From an uncultured virus (IMG/VR IMGVR_UViG_3300031673_000024) (taxonomy: Duplodnaviria > Heunggongvirae > Uroviricota > Caudoviricetes), in the IMG/VR virus record IMGVR_UViG_3300031673_000024: DNA of 20,000 nucleotides; one strand, 5' to 3'. Below, piece after piece: positions 7,925 through 14,358 of the stretch. Numbering within the stretch: position 1 is the first letter of the stretch; each line of letters starts with the position of its first letter. The notes below the pieces were generated by a model. It saw only the letters and a list, made by a program, of their open reading frames with translations. It made no database searches and had not been told where the DNA came from. The position numbers and the translations under genes were made by a program.

Positions 7925-8578
7925 TCAGACCCTAGAGACAGCAAGCTCGATGAGCTTTGATACAAAGCGAGCCTTGAAGCTAGCGTCATCAAACGGGAAA
8001 GCCAACCCCTCATGTGCCGCGTTACGCTTAACTCTGAAAGCAACAACAACACGTTCTGGTTGTGCATAGTTGCCATCGATGACGTCGGTAGCCGAGCGTC
8101 CCGTAGGCTTGAGCGAGGGGTTGTCGAATGAAATGATCCCGTGGTCTAGCTCATCGCCGAGGGTGGCCTGAATGAGCAGCTTAGAGGCGCGCTGTACGCC
8201 CTTGAGGCGCAGGACGAGAAGCCGCCACCACCACTCCATCGGACCATCGACCTCAGTAAGCTCTCGCTTCCTGAGAGCTTCCCAGAAGGCCGCGTGACCT
8301 GGGTGCTTGGCCTGGAGATAGATGGAGGACTTCAAGCGCTCACGCGCGTCCTCAGCCAGCCCAAGCTGGTCACAGAACATCTTGCGAGTCTGCTCGTACC
8401 TGGGCTTGGCCGCCAGATCGACTACGCTGGCTGGATTCGATCCATGCTCCGGGCGACTGAGCCCAAAGCTCGCCCACTCGAAGTCTGGGATGCCGGTCCA
8501 TTGGAGCCAAAGCTGCGTTAGCGCTGGGTGCGCACGCTGCATAGCCCCGATAACACCAACCTGTACGACCTTCGCCAA
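7925..8578 (-). CDS. Hypothetical protein (possibly degenerate nucleotide-kinase-like fold)
   Basis: 217 aa, TTG start after AGGGGGG, packed between neighbours. The function call is weak. Confidence 0.65.
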   Translation of the reverse strand: MAKVVQVGVIGAMQRAHPALTQLWLQWTGIPDFEWASFGLSRPEHGSNPASVVDLAAKPRYEQTRKMFCDQLGLAEDARERLKSSIYLQAKHPGHAAFWEALRKRELTEVDGPMEWWWRLLVLRLKGVQRASKLLIQATLGDELDHGIISFDNPSLKPTGRSATDVIDGNYAQPERVVVAFRVKRNAAHEGLAFPFDDASFKARFVSKLIELAVSRV

Positions 8579-8609
8579 GCTACACCCCCCTGAGGGGAAT
8601 AGCTGTACA

Positions 8610-9764
8610 TCAGTCGCCGACCAGGTTGAAGCCCCGAATAAACACCCCCGCCGTCACGGCTGGAACCTCGATAGTAACGCCAAGCGAAAATGGAGGATTA
8701 GCGTCGTCGTAGTTTCCCAGGACGAACGTACCAGCAGGACTCGATCCTGGGTCTGTGGCGATGACGGGGCCAGACACCTTGTTCGGTGTCGAGGACAACT
8801 CAGTCCTATCCAGCGTGTACACGTTGTAAGGATGGGTGCTCAAGCTCACGCTAGCAAGGCTAGCGAGGTCGGCGAAGACTTCGATCCGCTTGGGGAGAGG
8901 GCGCGGCGGGAGCGGAATACGGAACTGGTACGTCTGGATACCGACGCCAGCGGAGTTGACGATCTGAAGACCGACGTTCTCCGGCTCACGTACGTCCCAG
9001 GTAACCCCTGCCTCAGAGCCCGGAGCAATCCCGTTGTCGCTGATGCGTACCGAGGTCGCAGACACATAGGTCAGGATCTCGAACCAGCCGTTGTTGTTCC
9101 CCGTGGCATTGGAAACGAGAAGGAAGCGACCCACGTCACTTGTCTGCATCCCTACGAGGCCAGTGACATCGATCTGACTCGCGATCGTAGCTCCTGATGC
9201 GCTCAGAGTCGCCGACGCCGTTCCACTACGTAGCGAATGGCTCTGCTGTGTCGCCGTGATGTTTACACCGCGAGACACGTCACATGCCTGTGGGAACGGG
9301 GCCGGGAGGAACCCGTCCTCGATCGCCTCCAATAGTGAACCAGCCTGGAGAGTCGGCGGACGGCTGAGCATGTCTGCTGTCAACGGTCCCGCACCCGTAT
9401 GGCGGATCCAGATCAACGCCAGCGAGTTCGGGTTGGGGTCGCCCTCACGCCCGAGAATACCAGCACGCAACGTGTAGAAGGCGGAGGAACCACCCGTCGC
9501 CTGGATGTCGTCATGGTCGGCGGTGATGGTGTAGTCCGTAGCCACGCCCGGGGTAGGTACCGTCACCTGCGTAACAGCAGTCTCACCAACCAGAACACCG
9601 TTCGGGAGAAGGAACGTCCCCGCTGAAAGCTCAAGCAGGGTACCGCTGACGACGGTGGGGACAAATCCCTCGTAGATGCCAGGAGTGAAGAGAGCCGTTG
9701 TGAGCTTCTTCGTCCTGCCCTGCGTTAGGAGCGCACCGAAATCGTAGACACGGGATTGAGTCAT
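8610..9764 (-). CDS. Putative virion structural protein (tail/baseplate/fibre-type, beta-rich)
   Basis: 384 aa, rich in T/S/G/V/P. N-terminal 'TPGIYEGF' motif is typical of phage tail/baseplate proteins. Shares an ~80-aa domain with the 55..756 protein. Confidence 0.6.
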   Translation of the reverse strand: MTQSRVYDFGALLTQGRTKKLTTALFTPGIYEGFVPTVVSGTLLELSAGTFLLPNGVLVGETAVTQVTVPTPGVATDYTITADHDDIQATGGSSAFYTLRAGILGREGDPNPNSLALIWIRHTGAGPLTADMLSRPPTLQAGSLLEAIEDGFLPAPFPQACDVSRGVNITATQQSHSLRSGTASATLSASGATIASQIDVTGLVGMQTSDVGRFLLVSNATGNNNGWFEILTYVSATSVRISDNGIAPGSEAGVTWDVREPENVGLQIVNSAGVGIQTYQFRIPLPPRPLPKRIEVFADLASLASVSLSTHPYNVYTLDRTELSSTPNKVSGPVIATDPGSSPAGTFVLGNYDDANPPFSLGVTIEVPAVTAGVFIRGFNLVGD

Positions 9765-9767
9765 CCG

Positions 9768-10208
9768 TCAGCCCTTCACGCCTTCAAGCAGCTTCTTGAG
9801 CTTGCCTGCGATGGTCTCAAGCTCGTCGGCCAGCGCCTGGGCCTCATCGTCTTCCATCTTCGTCGTCTTGGCCTTACGAAGGGCAGCGATGGTCTGACCA
9901 CCAATGCCCATCACCTTCTTCAAGGCGTTGACAACCGACTTGGCGTCATCAGGCAGCTTGTCATCCGACTTCTGCTTTGCTTGAACCAGGGCACGCTTGT
10001 CGAGGAGATGCTCCACCTTGGCGAGAGCGTAGATGACGCCGCTCTGCTTTTGGAGTGAGGACCTGAGGATGTTCTTTGCGATGTTGGTGACAAGCCCGAG
10101 GTCACCGTCATCGAAATCCGCTTCCTTCTTGCCCCGCTGAGCGGACACAGTTTTCTTGGCCTTCTTCCAAGCCTTCTCTTCTTCGGTGGTGTTAACCCAA
10201 GCGGGCAT
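9768..10208 (-). CDS. Hypothetical helical phage protein, probably head-associated
   Basis: 146 aa, AGGAG RBS. N-terminal 'MPAWV...EEKAWKKAKK...LVTNIAKNI' resembles a small domain recurrent in phage head regions. Helical C-terminus. Confidence 0.75.
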   Translation of the reverse strand: MPAWVNTTEEEKAWKKAKKTVSAQRGKKEADFDDGDLGLVTNIAKNILRSSLQKQSGVIYALAKVEHLLDKRALVQAKQKSDDKLPDDAKSVVNALKKVMGIGGQTIAALRKAKTTKMEDDEAQALADELETIAGKLKKLLEGVKG

Positions 10209-10378
10209 GGAAGTCTCCTAACGAACCGGGCCAGGCGCGCGCAAGCAGCCTACCCCTCAGTATGCGTTCGAGGGGTCGGAGTCACGTAAGCGTCAACTCA
10301 ACGGTTTACATCAAGTATTTATTAGTACCCGCCGCGCGGCCCGGAAGGACGTAGAACCTAGTCTCACAGCCTCGACAC

Positions 10379-10416
10379 AAAGAAAAACGGGAGCCAAGTG
10401 GCTCCCGTTTTTCTTT
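10379..10416 (-). terminator. Intrinsic terminator after the major capsid gene (potentially bidirectional)
   Basis: AAAGAAAAACGGGAGCC-aagt-GGCTCCCGTTTTTCTTT: 17-bp inverted repeat with U-tracts on both strands, 16 nt after the capsid stop. Confidence 0.9.
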
Positions 10417-10432
10417 TGCTTCTAGTAACTTA

Positions 10433-11545
10433 CTAGACGCGGGTGCCGATGGCGACGGCGCGGTCCTGAACGTGGAGAGACTCCAAGCCCATGAGGTAGA
10501 AGCCGCGGCGCGGCGCACCCAATGGATAATGGTTGATCTCTGTCGACTGGATCTCGCGACGAACACCACGCTGGCCGAGGGCGATCGGGGTGCCGAGAGC
10601 GAAGACCTCACCCGGCTGCAACACCTGGAGGGTGTCGTAGCGGAAGCCGTCGGTGATCAGGTTCATGTCGAGCAGGGCGCCGAGCTTGCCCTCCATGATC
10701 AACTGGTACTTGTGAACGGGCTCCCACCACGTCGTGAACGACGGGTCGGCGATCATGTCGTCCCAGATGTCGAAGGAGAACAGGAGGTGAGCGGCGGGGA
10801 TGCCGTTCGACAGGACCTGCGTGCGGAGCGCCGTGAGAACCTGCGGCGTGAACGTCGCGAAGCTCACCGGAGCGTTGAAGACACCAGCCGTGGCGAGGAG
10901 CAGGCTTCGCAGAATGCGATCCTGGCGAACCATGACCGCTTCGAGCGCGTCCTGGAACTTCTCGTCAAGGAACTCCGGGCCTGCCTGAGCAAGCTCGCGC
11001 TCCTCGATGAGCACCTGGCTCTGGAGGTAGTAGTCCTGGGGGTAGATGTACGCCTGCTCGACGATCTGTGCGATACCTTCGCCATCGTTGATGACTTGGA
11101 ACGCGGTCACGTCCTTGCGGCGCAGCTTGATGCGGTTGTCCACACCGTCGACGACGTCCTTGCGGGCGACGACCTGCGGTGTGAAGCCCTGACGGTTCAG
11201 GGTTTCCCACACATCCTCGGCGAACACTTCGCCCATGAGCTTCATGCGATCATCGCCAGAACCGAAGGCGCTGACGAGTTCCTCGTGACGCTCCTTCTTG
11301 GCGCTGAGCTTGGCGCGCTCATCGGTGAAGCCTGCGTCACTGCCGATCTGGCCGTTCTGAACCATCGCGTGGAGCGCGTTGATCTTCTGGGCGAGGTCTT
11401 TGGTGTCGTAGGCGTTGATCTCACCAGAGGCGTCGGTCATGCGACCACCCGCTGCCTGGATCTGACCGTTGCTCTTCTTTGCGAACGCGGGCATGTGCCC
11501 CATCACGGGCTCCCGCGTCGCCAAATGGAAGTCCTGTCGAAGCAT
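10433..11545 (-). CDS. Major capsid protein (HK97 fold, jumbo-phage type)
   Basis: 370 aa, strongly GC3-biased codons, strong AAGGAG RBS, followed by a terminator. Lies last in the portal-protease-scaffold series. Motifs GEINAYDTKDL, ETLNRQGF, EKFQDALEAVMVRQDR and EGKLGALLDMNLITDGFR recall capsid proteins of PaBG/Lu11/RSL1/Y3-like jumbo myoviruses (from recall, unverified). Confidence 0.85.
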   Translation of the reverse strand: MLRQDFHLATREPVMGHMPAFAKKSNGQIQAAGGRMTDASGEINAYDTKDLAQKINALHAMVQNGQIGSDAGFTDERAKLSAKKERHEELVSAFGSGDDRMKLMGEVFAEDVWETLNRQGFTPQVVARKDVVDGVDNRIKLRRKDVTAFQVINDGEGIAQIVEQAYIYPQDYYLQSQVLIEERELAQAGPEFLDEKFQDALEAVMVRQDRILRSLLLATAGVFNAPVSFATFTPQVLTALRTQVLSNGIPAAHLLFSFDIWDDMIADPSFTTWWEPVHKYQLIMEGKLGALLDMNLITDGFRYDTLQVLQPGEVFALGTPIALGQRGVRREIQSTEINHYPLGAPRRGFYLMGLESLHVQDRAVAIGTRV

Positions 11546-11730
11546 GGACTTTCTCCTTCTTGTAGGGGCCTTTCCTCGACTCAGTTTGGTTCGGCCCCAG
11601 GTGGAAAAAGAGGACGAGTCGAGGAATGTGTTTTTGGGAAGTTGGGCGGGGAGCCCCTGTTAGGTGGTGAGGCGGGGAACAAACCCCGCACTCACCTAGA
11701 GGTTGTGAAGTTCAGGAGAACTTCAACCTC
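11546..11730 (-). promoter_or_regulatory. Structured 5' leader of the major capsid gene (several hairpins plus an anti-Shine-Dalgarno pairing)
   Basis: Stems at 11699-11730, 11665-11696 and 11572-11582/11616-11626. Loop segments 11593-11598 and 11603-11610 are complementary to 11565-11570 and to the RBS region. Confidence 0.6.
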
Positions 11731-11839
11731 ACTTCTTCTTGCCCTTCTTGAGCTGAGCCTTGCCACGGCCACCCTTCACGGGGGCGCGACGGCTGTGACC
11801 CTTGACGGTCGGCGAACGGCTGTACTTCTTGACTTTCAT
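11729..11839 (-). CDS. 36-aa highly basic peptide (MKVKKYSRSPTVKGHSRRAPVKGGRGKAQLKKGKKK), putative nucleic-acid-binding core protein
   Basis: Translated by hand; not in the ORF track. GAGGAG RBS 7 nt before ATG. Codons are mostly G/C-ending, as in the capsid gene. 15 of 36 residues are K/R and none are acidic. Confidence 0.85.
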   Translation of the reverse strand: MKVKKYSRSPTVKGHSRRAPVKGGRGKAQLKKGKKK

Positions 11840-11924
11840 GATGAACTCCTCGCGGTGTGGCGACGTGTGTGTGTGTTTGGTTATTGTCTAGGTAGTGCGG
11901 GAGACCGCGAGGTAGTCCAGGAGT

Positions 11925-11954
11925 GAGCGGCGGTGAGTCAACTCACCGCCGCTC
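11925..11954. other. 14-bp perfect inverted repeat after the charge-block gene (mRNA processing/stabilising hairpin or plus-strand terminator)
   Basis: GAGCGGCGGTGAGT-ca-ACTCACCGCCGCTC. TTT follows only on the plus strand. Confidence 0.6.
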
Positions 11955-11963
11955 TTTGATCAG

Positions 11964-13412
11964 CTACTTCTTCGCCGGGGACTTCTTCTTCTTCGGTGCC
12001 CGCTTCTCCTTCATGGAGGCGAGGCGCCGGTCGTCGAGCTTGGCGAGGTCGGCAGGGTGCTTCATGCCGTACTTCTCCTTGTAAGCCTTGCGGCTCTGCG
12101 GAGACGGACGGTTCGACGTGAACCAGTACGAACCGAGGAACTTGCCCTTGGAGTCGTAGGTGTTGAAGTAGAACTTCTTGCGGACCTTCTTGCGTCCCTT
12201 GGGCGTGTTGACCGAGCCACGCATGCCCTTCTTGCTCTTCTTCATCTCGGTGCGGAAACGACGGCGCTTCCGATTGATCGTGGCCCGACGCTTCGCCTTG
12301 GCTCGCGCGGACTTGCTCATCTTCGGGCGCTTCTTCGCCGAGACCGTGCGGTTGTCCGTAACGAAGTCACGGCGCTCCTTCGGGCTCATGCTGGCGAGAA
12401 GCTCGCGAACCTGCGCAACCGAGAGGTACTCGGAAGCCTCAGCGTCCTCGATGTAGTCCTCAGGCATCTCCTCATCGTCGATACTCTCAGGAGCCATTTC
12501 GAGGGCGTCGGGGGCGTCGGTATCGACTTCTGGTTCGAGATCACTGGGTCCTTCGCTTCCGAAGTCCATCTCGACATCCGTCGCGATCAGTCGGCTCAGA
12601 CGCTTCTGAACGCGGGACAGGCGCGAGGAGATGCGGCGGCGAGCCGAACCTTCGAGCAGACCTTCCTTCTCCAGAGCAGCAAGTTCGTCTTCCGAGAGCG
12701 TCTCCATGTCGCCTTCGTCATCGTCGTCATCGTCGTCATCGCCCGAACCATCGACGTCGTCTCCGTCCTCGGAGTCGTCGTCCTCCTCGGAGTCGTCCTC
12801 TTCGGCAGATTCGTCTTCCTCGGAGTCGTCTTCCTCGTCAGCGGGCTCATCTTCCTCTTCCTCTTCCTCGGAGTCGTCATCTTCGGCAGATTCGTCTTCC
12901 TCGGAGTCGTCTTCCTCGGAGTCTTCCTCGGAGTCTTCCTCGTCAGCGGGCTCATCTTCCTCTTCCTCTTCCTCGGCGGCGGCACGCAAGGCCGCGGCTG
13001 CAAGGTCAAGGGACGAAAGAGCGAGTTCCTCATCGTCCATGTCGTCGTCGCCGAGCATGTCCATCGGCTCCATGTCGTCGTCGCCGAGCATGTCCATCGG
13101 CTCCATGTCGTCGTCGCCCATGTCGTCGTCGAGCATCATGTCCATCGGATCTTCGTCCAGCATGTCCATGTCGTCGTCGCCGAGCATGTCTTCCATGCCC
13201 TCTTCCATCATCTCCTCTTCGGGAGACTCCTCGGAATCGAGCATCATTTCGTCCTCTTCCATCGCCCGGATCTCCGACTTGATGTCGCGGAGTTCGGACA
13301 TGGCGGCGCGGATCTCCTTGCGCTTCGCCGGAGAGGCGGTCTTCATAGCCGCGCGAAGCCCGCTCATTGCCTCGCGGATCTTCCGGCTGGTCTGAGCCTG
13401 GATACGGTTCAT
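11964..13412 (-). CDS. Low-complexity charge-block protein (basic N-terminus, very acidic repeats, Lys/Arg-rich C-terminus), probable internal head/core protein
   Basis: 482 aa from ATG 13412 (MNRIQAQ..., AAGGAG RBS). The track's TTG start at 13493 falls inside a hairpin loop. Located between the decoration and capsid genes. Confidence 0.8.
   Translation of the reverse strand: MNRIQAQTSRKIREAMSGLRAAMKTASPAKRKEIRAAMSELRDIKSEIRAMEEDEMMLDSEESPEEEMMEEGMEDMLGDDDMDMLDEDPMDMMLDDDMGDDDMEPMDMLGDDDMEPMDMLGDDDMDDEELALSSLDLAAAALRAAAEEEEEEDEPADEEDSEEDSEEDDSEEDESAEDDDSEEEEEEDEPADEEDDSEEDESAEEDDSEEDDDSEDGDDVDGSGDDDDDDDDEGDMETLSEDELAALEKEGLLEGSARRRISSRLSRVQKRLSRLIATDVEMDFGSEGPSDLEPEVDTDAPDALEMAPESIDDEEMPEDYIEDAEASEYLSVAQVRELLASMSPKERRDFVTDNRTVSAKKRPKMSKSARAKAKRRATINRKRRRFRTEMKKSKKGMRGSVNTPKGRKKVRKKFYFNTYDSKGKFLGSYWFTSNRPSPQSRKAYKEKYGMKHPADLAKLDDRRLASMKEKRAPKKKKSPAKK
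12760..12976 (-). repeat. Composite coding repeats (EEEEEEDEPADEED x2, SEEDESAE x2, DSEE units)
   Basis: GTCTTCCTCGTCAGCGGGCTCATCTTCCTCTTCCTCTTCCTCGG occurs twice, with additional 12-15 bp TCTTCCTCGGAG units. Confidence 0.85.
13036..13118 (-). repeat. 33-bp tandem repeat, 2.5 copies (encodes DDDMEPMDMLG)
   Basis: TCCATGTCGTCGTCGCCGAGCATGTCCATCGGC at 13036-13068 and 13069-13101, partial at 13102-13118, with degenerate copies beyond. Confidence 0.9.
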
Positions 13413-13474
13413 TTCTTCTTGCTCCTTGAGAAAACTGCGGGTTTCGTGCTGTGAAAGGGGGGAGGGGGAAAGAC

Positions 13475-13513
13475 GAGTAAGGGTCTCCGGCAAAAAACCG
13501 GAGACCCTTACTC
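13475..13513 (-). terminator. 16-bp perfect hairpin after the decoration gene (weak terminator/attenuator or processing site)
   Basis: GAGTAAGGGTCTCCGG-caaaaaa-CCGGAGACCCTTACTC. On the minus strand it is followed by the pyrimidine run GTCTTTCCCCCTCCCCCCTTTC. Confidence 0.6.
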
Positions 13514-13519
13514 AGTCAA

Positions 13520-14260
13520 TCAGCCAGGCAGGTTGCACTCGAAGCCGATGAAGGCTTGGGTGATGCCGGGGGTCTGCTTGTTGGTGGGCTCCAGCACGAG
13601 CGTGCCGAAGTCCGTGCCCGCGCCGCCCGTGAGGACAGCATCGCCAGCCGCGCCGGAGGTCACGACCGTGTTCGCATCCACGTCCCACAGCGATGACGTG
13701 TCGAAGCACGAAGACACGAACTTGCAGTTGCCGTAGCCTACAGTGACCTGGGCGTAGAGCGTCTCTGCACCGTTGTTCACCGAGCGACGGCCACCGCGAC
13801 GCTGAAGCTCAGCGGCGGAGATGGCGTACTGGTAGACGATGGTGAAGTTGACGTCGGTGATGGCCGCGTCAGCCGTGAGCACGTTGGCGGTGAGGCCAAG
13901 CTGGCCCGCGCCGGGCGCACCAGCCACGACCACGATGGTCGCGCCCGTGTCGCTGTTGTAGGCACGGATGACGCCAACCGCGGTAGGTGTCTCCTTGAGG
14001 GTCGTGGTGAGCGGAGCCGCCGCCGGAACCGAGAGGTCCTCCCGGAGGGGAACGGTGGCCTGGTTGGTCTCCGACAGCCAGAGGATGCCGACGACGCGCT
14101 CGCCAGCCCCTGCGGCAGACGGAGCCACGATACGCTCACCGGCTGCGTTGAAGCCGGCGTCGACCATCACCATGCCGCGCTCCAGCGCGCCAGCGTAGGT
14201 CGGGTCGAGAAGGACGTCCTTCTTGTGTTCGATGATGCATTCGTTCAGTTGGAGTGCCAT
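13520..14260 (-). CDS. Probable capsid decoration/cement (minor capsid) protein
   Basis: 246 aa, A/G/T/V-rich, highly biased codons, between scaffold and capsid genes. 'ERGMVMV...VAPSAAGAGERVVGIL' fits the start of a beta-tulip decoration protein. Confidence 0.6.
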   Translation of the reverse strand: MALQLNECIIEHKKDVLLDPTYAGALERGMVMVDAGFNAAGERIVAPSAAGAGERVVGILWLSETNQATVPLREDLSVPAAAPLTTTLKETPTAVGVIRAYNSDTGATIVVVAGAPGAGQLGLTANVLTADAAITDVNFTIVYQYAISAAELQRRGGRRSVNNGAETLYAQVTVGYGNCKFVSSCFDTSSLWDVDANTVVTSGAAGDAVLTGGAGTDFGTLVLEPTNKQTPGITQAFIGFECNLPG

Positions 14261-14358
14261 TTTGGCTTTTCCTTTGTCCGCTTAATGCGAACGGTGAGAG
14301 AGAAGAAGTGATGGTCGTTGTAGTTGGCGCTAGGTAGGCGTCTGATCTCTCACCGAGA

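Noticed and set aside
10422..10436. 15-bp palindrome CTAGTAACTTACTAG at the capsid stop
   Set aside because: Single occurrence, largely explained by tandem stop codons TAG TAA, with no supporting context for an operator.
10306..10611. 101-aa minus-strand ORF overlapping the capsid 3' end (frameshift extension?)
   Set aside because: It runs through the strong terminator, no slippery site is evident, and the composition is unconvincing.
12700..13200. CRISPR array or DGR-type repeats
   Set aside because: The repeats are in-frame tandem coding duplications without unique spacers. No cas or reverse transcriptase gene is present in the window.
13413..13493. TTG start at 13493 giving a 509-aa protein
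   Set aside because: The TTG lies in the loop of a 16-bp hairpin with no RBS. ATG 13412 has AAGGAG at a suitable spacing.
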